Assembly (NCBI GenBank): GCA_041641555.1
Contig: JBEPYC010000007.1
Span: forward strand, 1 to 34,974
Direction of reading: 5' to 3'
From: Chitinivibrionales bacterium
Lineage (GTDB): Bacteria; Fibrobacterota; Chitinivibrionia; Chitinivibrionales; WJKA01
Length of the DNA stretch: 34,974 bases
Shown here: positions 1-8,425 of the stretch, one piece after another
How the letters are laid out: each line of letters begins with the position of its first letter
Position numbering within the stretch: position 1 is the first letter of the stretch
Position numbers and translations under genes: made by a program
Notes under the pieces: generated by a model
The model's database searches: none
Seen by the model: the letters and a program-made list of their open reading frames with translations, nothing else
Told to the model about the DNA's origin: nothing

Positions 1-89
1 TGCCACCCAACCAAAAAAACGGATCCATCTTTTCTATGAGGTGCGGGTAAACGGGAGTTTTTACCTGCCGACACCCCAACCACCCCCCT

Positions 90-108
90 ATGCTTCGACC
101 CGCTCAGC
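90..108. repeat. REP-like short dispersed repeat, copy 1 (ATGCTTCGACCCGCTCAGC)
   Basis: 18/19 identical to 15384-15402; both copies are intergenic. Confidence 0.55.
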
Positions 109-255
109 ACACCGCCCTGGCTCGGTCGCCCAGCAATGATCTGATTCTATCCATACTGATATGGTGTATGGCCAAAGACGGAACGTCTAAGGCTACCGAA
201 CCCGCCAGGAACACGCCATAGCACTCCCTGATCTCATATTTTTCCCAATAGAGTA

Positions 256-283
256 CAAGATTTCCCTGTTTCCTGCGTCATAT
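256..283 (+). promoter_or_regulatory. Putative autoregulatory ECF sigma promoter (CAAGATTT-N12-CGTC)
   Basis: Directly upstream of the ECF gene; CGTC is a typical ECF -10 core; the motif recurs at 911-938 and 1962-1987. Confidence 0.55.
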
Positions 284-301
284 ATATCGTATACCTCACG
301 C

Positions 302-967
302 GTGACCAACTTCGGGGAGTTGTGTGTGCCGCCTGATGCGGAGCTGATACAACGAATCAACAAGAACGATCGAAAAGCCTTCGATGCCGTGGTGCGTGAG
401 TACCAGTCGATGGTGTTCACGGTGTGTGTGCGGATCGTGGGGAATCGGCAGGACGCCGAAGACGCCGCGCAGAACACATTCGTCTCGTTTTTCCGGAAAT
501 CCGGCTCGTTTCGGGGTGATGCCAGTATTTCGACCTGGCTCTACCGCATTGCGGTAAATGCATCGATAAGTCAGATCCGGAAACGCCGATGGTCTCAGAT
601 GTTTGATTTTCTCTCGATTGGTGAGCAGCACGATGGACGCTCGGTAGACCCGGCCGGTGATCCAGCCGAACGCCCCGATATAGCCGCAGAAATAAAGCAG
701 CAGCGCAGGGATCTTGCGCACGCACTCGGAAAACTTCAGGAGAAACAGCGAATCGCCTTTATTCTCCATAAGTATCAGGGATTACCACATAAGGAGATTA
801 CCGAAATCATGCAGCTTTCGCATTCGGCGGTGGAATCGCTCATATTTCGCGCCAAAAAGGCTCTTCAGAAACACCTGTCCGATACCGCCGAACAGTTTTC
901 AGAAAAAACGCAAGATTTCGGTGGTGGGAGACGTCTAAGGTATGTGAGTCAGGAGCAGAAATCATGA
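302..967 (+). CDS. ECF (sigma-70 group 4, RpoE-like) RNA polymerase sigma factor
   Basis: Region 2 DAEDAAQNTF...FRGDASISTWLYRIAVN; region 4 LQEKQRIAFILHKYQGLPHKEITEIM...VESLIFRAKKAL. Confidence 0.95.
   Translation: MTNFGELCVPPDAELIQRINKNDRKAFDAVVREYQSMVFTVCVRIVGNRQDAEDAAQNTFVSFFRKSGSFRGDASISTWLYRIAVNASISQIRKRRWSQMFDFLSIGEQHDGRSVDPAGDPAERPDIAAEIKQQRRDLAHALGKLQEKQRIAFILHKYQGLPHKEITEIMQLSHSAVESLIFRAKKALQKHLSDTAEQFSEKTQDFGGGRRLRYVSQEQKS
911..938 (+). promoter_or_regulatory. Putative internal ECF promoter (CAAGATTT-N13-CGTCTAA) for the anti-sigma/Spy genes
   Basis: Same 8-mer and CGTC as 256-279; lies in the 3' tail of the sigma gene, ~25 nt before the anti-sigma start. Confidence 0.55.
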
Positions 968-1422
968 ATTGCAGCTTTATTCAAGACAACAAAATAGCGA
1001 TCGTGGACAAGAGCCTTTCAAACGAAGAAGGATTCGGAGTTGAATCGCATCTTGAATCATGCACTTGTTGCGCCCGATCGATCGCAGCATTCCGCGCAAC
1101 CTGGGACACACTCCAGGAGCCTTCGGAATTCCGCCCGGATTTGGGGTTCGCCCAGGCAGTCGAAGAAAAGTATGAACGGGTTCGATGGGTGCCTCGTTTC
1201 GTTTTTGAGCTCCTGAAGCCTGGGATCGTCCAGCCTATTGCTGCAGCGGCAATGCTTGCATGCGGGATATGGGCCGGTTCCTTTCTGGCGGCCACACCTG
1301 TCGGGACCGACACCCAGCAAATGAGCGTAAGCTACTACAATGTGTTCAGTGAGTACCCCGATGGGTACACCAGTGATGTTTACTCCGAGCTGGCCGAGTC
1401 CGGACAGGAGCTGTCCGAATGA
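964..1422 (+). CDS. Zinc-binding (ZAS, zf-HC2) transmembrane anti-sigma factor
   Basis: HLESCTCC matches HxxxCxxC; one TM segment (IAAAAMLACGIWAGSFLAA); ATGA overlap with the sigma gene. Confidence 0.88.
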   Translation: MNCSFIQDNKIAIVDKSLSNEEGFGVESHLESCTCCARSIAAFRATWDTLQEPSEFRPDLGFAQAVEEKYERVRWVPRFVFELLKPGIVQPIAAAAMLACGIWAGSFLAATPVGTDTQQMSVSYYNVFSEYPDGYTSDVYSELAESGQELSE

Positions 1423-1949
1423 AAAAGATTGCCGTCATTCTTCTGGTCCTTCTTACAGTGATCAATGTCGCGGCTCTCGGTTTTTTTCTGCACCACCGTT
1501 TCGCAGATCTGAGAACACAGCGTCCAGCACCACACCGGCGACTGGCACGAGAACTGAAGCTCGAAGAAGAGCAGGTAAGACAGATGCGAAATGTTCGAAA
1601 AGATTTCCGGAGGCGCTCGCAACCGATCCGGGCATCGTTGTGCCACAACCACAGAGCACTGATCGAACACCTTCAGGCAGCATCGGTGGATACCAGTACG
1701 ATCGACTCCCTGCTCGGGCAGATATCCACCCTGCAGGCATCGATGCACCGCGAAGCCATTTACGCTATGCACCGGGAAGGAGAGAAACTGGACCCGGATC
1801 AGCGTGCCCGGTTTTACGGCATTCTCAAACAACGAATATGTAATGGTGGAGCATTTTCAATGATGCACAAATCACATCGTCATCACCGCAGACCGCATGA
1901 TTGCAGGAAAGGAGGAACGCGGGAGGCACCAGATTTTCAGGAACGATAA
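1419..1949 (+). CDS. Periplasmic heavy-metal sensor / Spy-CpxP family protein
   Basis: N-terminal TM (…LTVINVAALGFF), ELKLEEEQ and LDPDQR (LTxxQ-like) motifs, His-rich C-terminus; ATGA coupling. Confidence 0.8.
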   Translation: MKKIAVILLVLLTVINVAALGFFLHHRFADLRTQRPAPHRRLARELKLEEEQVRQMRNVRKDFRRRSQPIRASLCHNHRALIEHLQAASVDTSTIDSLLGQISTLQASMHREAIYAMHREGEKLDPDQRARFYGILKQRICNGGAFSMMHKSHRHHRRPHDCRKGGTREAPDFQER

Positions 1950-1961
1950 AGGATCCATTCT

Positions 1962-1987
1962 CAAGAAATCAACAAATTCACATCTTA
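1962..1987 (+). promoter_or_regulatory. Putative third ECF promoter (CAAGAAAT-N11-CATCTTA)
   Basis: Degenerate copy of the motif, just upstream of the AAGGAG RBS of the second Spy gene. Confidence 0.4.
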
Positions 1988-2004
1988 TAAGGAGATGAAG
2001 TACC

Positions 2005-2532
2005 ATGAAACGATCGAAATTCGTACGGACAATCGCCCTGGTTTCAGCAGTAGCTTTGGCAGGATCAACCGCAGCTATCGCACGTCCCGGCGGTAGTGGA
2101 TGTATGGGAGGTGGAGGAGGCTGCAAGGGTGGAAAACATGGGGGCGGCATGGGTGTTCTGAAAATGATCGACAAAATCCCCGACCTCACCGACCAGCAGG
2201 AAGACCAGTTGTGGGATCTTGCACGCAAATTCAAAGATGAAGCAGGCGCTACGCGCGAGAAAATGATGACTCTCAAAATGGAATACCACAAGCTCATCCA
2301 GGAAAACGCCGAAGAAAAGCAGATCGAGGCAAAGGCCGAAGAGATCGGGAAAGCACATGCAGAAATGCTCACGATGAAAGCATCACATAAGAGGCAGATT
2401 GCGCAGGTGCTTACCGAAAAGCAGCGTGAGTACATGAAAGAGAACATGTGGGGCGGCAAGGGCTGCCGAATGAAAGGGCGTCGCGGTGGTGGCTGTCCTC
2501 ACAAAAAGGGAATGGCACCTTCCAAGAAATAA
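2005..2532 (+). CDS. Spy/CpxP (ZraP-like) periplasmic chaperone
   Basis: Signal peptide, LTDQQ and LTEKQR motifs, Gly/Met/Cys/His-rich termini, AAGGAG RBS. Confidence 0.85.
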   Translation: MKRSKFVRTIALVSAVALAGSTAAIARPGGSGCMGGGGGCKGGKHGGGMGVLKMIDKIPDLTDQQEDQLWDLARKFKDEAGATREKMMTLKMEYHKLIQENAEEKQIEAKAEEIGKAHAEMLTMKASHKRQIAQVLTEKQREYMKENMWGGKGCRMKGRRGGGCPHKKGMAPSKK

Positions 2533-2565
2533 TCCTGCCGGCTCATTCGTCCGGGCAGTGATATC

Positions 2566-2599
2566 AAGCGCTCACGAAAACACGGTGGGCGCTTTTTTT
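2566..2599 (+). terminator. Rho-independent terminator
   Basis: Stem AAGCGCTCAC/GTGGGCGCTT followed by a T run, between convergent genes. Confidence 0.8.
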
Positions 2600-3371
2600 A
2601 TTTGCTTTTCCATTTCCGGTGTACACGTTGTGGTTTGCGCGCCGAAATGAGTATGTCACGTCCGGCCACTCTCCCGGGAACACGAGCGTGATACGAGGTA
2701 TACGTGGCGTTTTGAACGAAACCGGTTTCCCGCAGCAGGTAAAAAAGGTACGGCACTGGCAACACCGCCATTGTGTCTTCACGGGCAACGCTTTCGGTGA
2801 TTTCTGGAGTTGCATACCATTCGTAATGATCTTTTACATGCACGAGTGCATCGTGGTAATCTATCTCGTATCGCCGTTTCAGCACGACTTTTTTTCCTCT
2901 CGTCGTGCTTTCCATCTGCTTGTCGGGAGATAGGTTAGCCAGAAACCAGAGCATATTTGGAACTTCCAGAAACAATACCCCACCAGGCCTGAGCGCATCG
3001 AAGCATTTCTGAAGAGCTCGTGCCTGCTCGGTGAGAAAGAGCATGTAGGCAAACGGGGCATTGATTGCTGTAATGAGATCATACGATTCCTGCTCGGTAA
3101 TCTCATCAAAGCCCCCGCGTACAACATTGACCTCCTTTGATTCCACGCGCTCACATGCAGCCTCGAAAAAGCCTTCATCGGGTTCCATTCCCCTGACCGA
3201 CCATCCGTACGAGGCAAAATAGGGAAGGAAATGTCCTGGCCCGCACCCGATATCGAGTTGTTTGAGGTTATCGGGTAAGCCCGAGGCCACCGCCAGCCAA
3301 TGGAGAAACTCGACTTTCGGTTCGGGGTTATCGGTAAACGCCAGATAGAGATCGCTTTGAATATTCGACAT
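2598..3371 (-). CDS. Class I SAM-dependent methyltransferase
   Basis: Motif I LDIGCGPG, YDLI, ALRPGGVLFLE. Confidence 0.9.
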   Translation of the reverse strand: MSNIQSDLYLAFTDNPEPKVEFLHWLAVASGLPDNLKQLDIGCGPGHFLPYFASYGWSVRGMEPDEGFFEAACERVESKEVNVVRGGFDEITEQESYDLITAINAPFAYMLFLTEQARALQKCFDALRPGGVLFLEVPNMLWFLANLSPDKQMESTTRGKKVVLKRRYEIDYHDALVHVKDHYEWYATPEITESVAREDTMAVLPVPYLFYLLRETGFVQNATYTSYHARVPGRVAGRDILISARKPQRVHRKWKSK

Positions 3372-3545
3372 GATAAATCCGAATCATCTGTGCTGAGTTC
3401 GATAGTGCGTGGATGTAGTAATAGCAATATCCGTTCCGATCACCGGCTTTGGGGGGGGCAAATGGTCATTGGCCCTGCTGGAAGCCGAGGCATTTTTCTG
3501 CAGCCTACGAGAAATTCAGGGTTCATGTTTCGTATTTTCTACCCG

Positions 3546-6059
3546 ATGATTTTTTCAGATCTACCCATACTTCAGTACCGCGACCAGATCGTGGCAGGCC
3601 TTACCGATCAGGCGATGGTCGTTCTTTCCGCGCCGACAGGATCGGGTAAATCAACTCAGGTGCCACAGTTTCTCCTCGACAGTGAACTCTGCCCGGGAGA
3701 AATCCTCGTTCTTCAGCCCCGTCGAATAGCAGCGAAAATGCTTGCCTACCGCATTTCGCAGGAACGCGGCGGACGGGTTGGCGATGAGATCGGTTTTCAG
3801 ACCCGCTTCGAGAAAGCGGTCGGATCTCAGACCAGGGTCAGATTCATTACCGAGGGCATTCTTCCGCGGATGCTCATGGGCTCTCCGGAGCTTGCCGGTA
3901 TTTCTGCAGTGGTATTCGATGAATTCCATGAGCGGAGTATCACCACCGATATCGGACTTTCATTGGTGCGGGAACTGAGAAACCGGTCACGTCCTGATCT
4001 CAAAATGGTTGTCATGTCGGCAACGCTCGAATCTGGTCCTGTAGCAGAGTTTTTGGATGGTTCCCGGGAGATTTCTGCCGAGGGGATGATGTACCCTGTC
4101 GATCTCCGCTACCGCTCCCCCGGCGATACTTCGAAACCCTGGGAAAAAGCTTCGCGAGCAGCAGCGGACCTGATCAAAGAGACTTCAGAGGGCGACATAC
4201 TGGTTTTCATGCCCGGAGCCTACGAGATCCGTCGCACGGTCTCGTCGCTGGAGAATATCAGTTTCGGCGAACCGGTTCAGATCGAAACACTTCATGGAGA
4301 CCATTCTCCCGAAGCACAGCAGCGGGCACTAACCCCTGGCAGTCGACGGAAAGTGATTGTCGCCACCAATATTGCCGAGACATCGCTTACCATCCCGGGG
4401 ATTCGTCATGTGGTCGACAGCGGATTGGCACGGATCAGCCGGTACGATCCAGCCCGTGGTTTTTCAACCCTTTATGTAGAGCCCATCAGCGTGGCATCGG
4501 CAGACCAGCGCGCGGGACGCGCCGGGCGCGAAGCACCCGGGGTCTGTGTGCGCATGTGGACCAGGGGTTCGCATGCCGGACGACCGCAACGCACTCCACC
4601 GGAGATTCTCCGGGTTGACCTGGCAGAAACAGTTCTCACCTTATCGCGTTTGGGCTACACCGACCCATTCTCCTTTCCGTGGTTCGAGACACCTCCCGAT
4701 GAAGCGCTCCACCGTGCGGTGGACCTTCTGGATGACCTTCATGCGCGCAACCGAACAACCGGAGCACTGACACCGGTCGGTGAAGACATGTCCCGTCTGC
4801 CGATGCATCCGCGACTCGGGCGCCTGGTACTCGAGTCCTCGAAACGAGGGGTGTTCTCGCTGGGGGTACTCAGCGCCGCGATACTCTCCGAACGAGGAGT
4901 ATTGACAAGTCGTCCTATGGTAGAAACCCCGTCCGATCAGCCGGCATCGGATTATGTCGCCCTGGCGATTCTTTTGACAAAAGCCCGTGATGCCCGGTTC
5001 GAAAGAAATGCCTGTGCCCGCCTGGGAATCAACGGATCGGCAGCTCGAGCAATTGACCGAACGGCACGCTACTATGCGGATGTCTGCAGCCGGCAGAATC
5101 TCGATTTTCTGGACACCTCGATTGAACCGGGAGTGGAGCTTGCCAAATCACTTCTTATCGCTTACCCCGACCATCTGGCCAGAAAGCTCAGTCCGGCGAC
5201 ACTTCAGTGCGAGATGAGAAACGGCAGGAAGGGAGAACTGTCGACCCTGAGTGCCGTGCGCAAAGCGCAGCTTTTGATCGCAGCGGATATCAGGGAAACG
5301 AGAAATGTCAAAAAAACCATGAAAGTGGTGTTATCTCTTGCCGTTGAGGTCTACGAGGAGTGGCTCGAAGAGCTCTTTCCGGAGACGGTCAGAAATGAAT
5401 CGGGTCTTGTATGGAATCCGGCGAAAAAAGCTGTGGAGCAGCGTCGTGCGAAAAGTATCCTGGGAGTCGTTGTGCAGGAACAGACGGATACACCGGAGAA
5501 TAGTGCGGATGCTTCGGGGGTTCTTGCCGATACCATATTCGAATCGAACCTGAAATTAGACGGTTGGGACACCCGCATAGACAATCTTGTCGAGCGGATC
5601 AGGTGGGTATCCCAGCGGTACCCGGATCAGGGTATCCCCGGTCTGGACCAAGAAGATATCCGGTTGCTGCTCCATGATCTTTGTGCCGGAGAAACACGGT
5701 ACGACAAGGTCAAGAAACGGCCGGTCGATCCGCTTATTCGTTCCTTTGTCTCACCTTCAGCCATGAAATTCATCGACTACGTTGCTCCTGAGATTCAGCA
5801 GCTCCCCTCTGGTCGTAAACTCAGGATCACCTACGCTCCCGGACAGCCCCCGCGGGGCCGGGCACGGATTCAGGATCTCTACGGACTCGATGAATCACCC
5901 CGGGTGGCCGAAGGAGCGGTGGTGGTGCTCCTTGAGGTACTGGCTCCGAATAACCGCCCGGTACAGATCACTGAGGACCTGAAATCATTCTGGGTGAATG
6001 CCTATCCGGAAATAAAGAAGAGTCTTTCAAGGCGCTACCCGAAACACGAGTGGCGATAA
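3546..6059 (+). CDS. hrpB: ATP-dependent DEAH-box helicase HrpB
   Basis: APTGSGKST, DEFHER, MSAT, ATNIAETSLTI, QRAGRAGR and C-terminal RRYPKHEW. Start is probably 3525 or 3546, not 3300, which would overlap the divergent gene. Confidence 0.93.
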   Translation: MIFSDLPILQYRDQIVAGLTDQAMVVLSAPTGSGKSTQVPQFLLDSELCPGEILVLQPRRIAAKMLAYRISQERGGRVGDEIGFQTRFEKAVGSQTRVRFITEGILPRMLMGSPELAGISAVVFDEFHERSITTDIGLSLVRELRNRSRPDLKMVVMSATLESGPVAEFLDGSREISAEGMMYPVDLRYRSPGDTSKPWEKASRAAADLIKETSEGDILVFMPGAYEIRRTVSSLENISFGEPVQIETLHGDHSPEAQQRALTPGSRRKVIVATNIAETSLTIPGIRHVVDSGLARISRYDPARGFSTLYVEPISVASADQRAGRAGREAPGVCVRMWTRGSHAGRPQRTPPEILRVDLAETVLTLSRLGYTDPFSFPWFETPPDEALHRAVDLLDDLHARNRTTGALTPVGEDMSRLPMHPRLGRLVLESSKRGVFSLGVLSAAILSERGVLTSRPMVETPSDQPASDYVALAILLTKARDARFERNACARLGINGSAARAIDRTARYYADVCSRQNLDFLDTSIEPGVELAKSLLIAYPDHLARKLSPATLQCEMRNGRKGELSTLSAVRKAQLLIAADIRETRNVKKTMKVVLSLAVEVYEEWLEELFPETVRNESGLVWNPAKKAVEQRRAKSILGVVVQEQTDTPENSADASGVLADTIFESNLKLDGWDTRIDNLVERIRWVSQRYPDQGIPGLDQEDIRLLLHDLCAGETRYDKVKKRPVDPLIRSFVSPSAMKFIDYVAPEIQQLPSGRKLRITYAPGQPPRGRARIQDLYGLDESPRVAEGAVVVLLEVLAPNNRPVQITEDLKSFWVNAYPEIKKSLSRRYPKHEWR

Positions 6060-6120
6060 ACGGGTAAAAATGTTGTCCCTTTTGCCCGCCGCTGCGTTTT
6101 ATTATTTTTCATAGATTGAT

Positions 6121-6197
6121 CGGGGCGTGGCCCAGCCTGGTAGGGCGCCTGAATGGGGTTCAGGTGGTCGCTCGTTCAAATCGAGTCGCCCCGACCA
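6121..6197 (+). tRNA. tRNA-Pro (GGG)
   Basis: Acceptor stem CGGGGCG/CGCCCCG plus ACCA; D-loop AGCCTGGTA; anticodon arm CCTGA-ATGGGGT-TCAGG; T-loop TTCAAAT. Confidence 0.97.
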
Positions 6198-6198
6198 T

Positions 6199-6241
6199 AC
6201 ACGAGAGGTCAGTACCGCAAGGTGCTGGCCTCTCGTGTTTC
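6199..6241 (+). terminator. Long GCAA-capped hairpin (terminator) after the tRNA
   Basis: ACACGAGAGGTCAGTACC-GCAA-GGTGCTGGCCTCTCGTGT followed by TT. Confidence 0.8.
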
Positions 6242-6378
6242 TGCGTTGGTGGCATCGAAGAGTGAAAGAGGTTCACTCAAAGGCCAGGGACGGCCGGAGA
6301 GCACTCCGCAGCGAAGCGAGAAGCCCCTTGAGGGCAGCAAACCGGATGATTGCTGTGAAATCGAATCGCCCCGACCAT
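6242..6378. mobile_element. Hairpin-rich tRNA-linked mini-element ending in a duplicate of the tRNA 3' end (att-like)
   Basis: 6358-6378 AAATCGAATCGCCCCGACCAT versus 6178-6198 AAATCGAGTCGCCCCGACCAT (20/21); the intervening DNA is a series of inverted repeats. Confidence 0.65.
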
Positions 6379-6594
6379 TTAATCCTTCCGCATGAGGCAT
6401 TCGATACCCCTTTGATATATCACCGTGACATGCATCACACGAGTTCTTAGCTCTCCCGCTCTCCAGGACGGTACCAGTTGAGGCCTGTGGCAGTACTGGC
6501 CACTTGGCACAATCCTTGATTATTACCGGAACCATCGGCTGCAGATCATACCAGCATTTCACGCGCAGCCACACTCTCACCCCAGGACATTCTG

Positions 6595-6975
6595 ATGAGA
6601 CCTTTTCTTATGCTGATGGTATTCACATTGGCCGTGATAACTTCTATCATGTCCAGTTGTATCGATGTAGATGAGATGATGGGCCCCCTGGAGTTGAAGT
6701 CCATCGACTTTGAATCACTCGAGACAGGCCGGTATTACGGAGAATACGACAGTATCGGACGGGCGAAGGTAGAGGTGGCAGTCACACAATCCCGGGTCTC
6801 CGAAATCACCCTGGTGGAACACGAATGCACATTTATCGGACGGCGGGCGGAATACATTGTCCCGAATATCATCGAGAAGCAAACACTCGAAGTTGACGCG
6901 ATCAGTGGTGCGACAGCCAGTTCGCGGGTCATTCTCAAAGCGGTGGAAGATGCCCTCCTGGGAGGTACCAAATGA
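6595..6975 (+). CDS. FMN-binding domain lipoprotein
   Basis: Lipobox-like MSSC; flavinylation motif VDAISGATASS. Confidence 0.88.
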   Translation: MRPFLMLMVFTLAVITSIMSSCIDVDEMMGPLELKSIDFESLETGRYYGEYDSIGRAKVEVAVTQSRVSEITLVEHECTFIGRRAEYIVPNIIEKQTLEVDAISGATASSRVILKAVEDALLGGTK

Positions 6976-7427
6976 AAAGAATGATTCACACCGCCCTGAT
7001 CTGTCTGGCGTTTACCGGGTCTGCCCTGTGCGGATCCCCGCATAGCGTATCGATCGAGGCAGGCGGTATCGGCGGTTTCTATTCGGTAAATTACGAGCGC
7101 GCCCTGGTCCGGAAAGGAGCGACACGCCTTGGCATACGCGCCGGCATTTCGCTGACATCCTCTACGATCATAGACTTTCCGATCGCGCTGACCGGTTTGT
7201 GGATGCCTGGACATAATGGTCTGGAAGCCGGAGCGTGTATTACCCCGGAGCTGTATGTCGCCGATGGGGTCACCGACGCGACGATGCTTCTGTCGGGAAT
7301 GCTTGGCTACCGACGACAGCTTGGCAGCGGCCCGGTGTTCCTGCGATGCTACCTCAATCCGGTGGTGGATCCTTCATCCAGAAAATCGTTCGCCTGGTTT
7401 GGGGCAGGTGCCGGCTACGGCTTCTGA
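6972..7427 (+). CDS. Hypothetical exported protein, probable small outer-membrane beta-barrel
   Basis: Signal peptide, amphipathic strands, terminal GAGYGF; ATGA overlap with the upstream gene. Confidence 0.7.
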   Translation: MKRMIHTALICLAFTGSALCGSPHSVSIEAGGIGGFYSVNYERALVRKGATRLGIRAGISLTSSTIIDFPIALTGLWMPGHNGLEAGACITPELYVADGVTDATMLLSGMLGYRRQLGSGPVFLRCYLNPVVDPSSRKSFAWFGAGAGYGF

Positions 7428-7477
7428 ATCCGGGTACCCACACAATAGAAAACGTACTCAACTAAGGAGCACGCTCA

Positions 7478-8317
7478 GTGAAACGCACGACAAAAATCAC
7501 CCTCCCGATAGTGTCGGCAGCAATGCTTCTGTGGACGACCGTGGCCTGTGGAGGATGGAATCTCAAACGCGCCTATAAGTCCGAAGTATCCGAAGGCACG
7601 AAGCGGACCAGAGCGCTCACTCCCCCAGTTGTCACCGAAGAGGACTTGGCGCATCTTCCGGAACTTGTACGCAAGTATCTCATATCGGTCGGGGTACTGG
7701 GCAAGCCGCAGGTGTACAGCATGAAGGTCACCTTCACAGCAGAGATGCGAGGTAGAGGGCAGGACTGGTTTCCGCTCACCGCCGAGCAGCACAATTTCTA
7801 TGATACCCGCGAGCGCCATTTCTATCTGGATGCCACCGTCAAAGGATTGCCGACTAAGGGATATCACCGGTACAAAGACGGCCAAGCAAGCATGCTCATC
7901 AAACTGCTCGGACTTATCCCAGTCATGAATGTCAAAGGCAATATGATGTTCAAAGCAGAAACGGTAACCCTCTTCAACGACATGTGCCTTCTTGCACCTG
8001 CCACCCTCATTGACAATCAAATCAAATGGGAAGCGCTCGACAGCAACCGCGTGAAAGCCACCTTCACAAACCGCACCTGCACAATATCCGCGGAGCTGCA
8101 TTTCAACGAAGCCGGCCAATTGGTCAACTTTATATCCGATGACCGCTACGATGTAAGTGAGAAGAAGCGTTACCGTTTTTCAACGCCACTCAAGGAACTC
8201 GGTGAGATCGACGGGTACGTACTGCCTACCTACGGCGAAGCCATCTGGCATTATCCGAAAGGCGAGTTTGTGTATGGCAAGTACCGCATCACGAGCATCG
8301 AGTATAATGTGCGATAG
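7478..8317 (+). CDS. Conserved exported protein (DUF6544-like)
   Basis: LAHLPELVRKYL, AETVTLFNDMCLLAPATL, FNEAGQLVNFISDDRY, GEAIWHYP motifs; AAGGAG RBS. Confidence 0.75.
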   Translation: MKRTTKITLPIVSAAMLLWTTVACGGWNLKRAYKSEVSEGTKRTRALTPPVVTEEDLAHLPELVRKYLISVGVLGKPQVYSMKVTFTAEMRGRGQDWFPLTAEQHNFYDTRERHFYLDATVKGLPTKGYHRYKDGQASMLIKLLGLIPVMNVKGNMMFKAETVTLFNDMCLLAPATLIDNQIKWEALDSNRVKATFTNRTCTISAELHFNEAGQLVNFISDDRYDVSEKKRYRFSTPLKELGEIDGYVLPTYGEAIWHYPKGEFVYGKYRITSIEYNVR

Positions 8318-8425
8318 AAGAGATGAGGCATAACACCCGATAGCTGCCATTTTCCCCTACAGGTTTTGGGTTTCCGCCGGTGAATTCCTTAAAGTCTGGC
8401 CGAGTTCTGGTTCTCTCGATGGCAA

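Noticed and set aside
3451-3458. G8 tract between divergent genes as a phase-variation switch
   Set aside because: Short, and not demonstrably within a promoter spacer
3300-3545. N-terminal extension of the 919-aa hrpB ORF
   Set aside because: It overlaps the divergent methyltransferase start; HrpB similarity begins only at DLPI
6127-6580. ORFs of 80-123 aa across the tRNA region
   Set aside because: They overlap the tRNA, terminator and repeat element and have no protein-like features
8320-8420. Partial resemblance to a c-di-GMP-I riboswitch
   Set aside because: Lies between convergent gene ends and lacks the GNRA/receptor architecture
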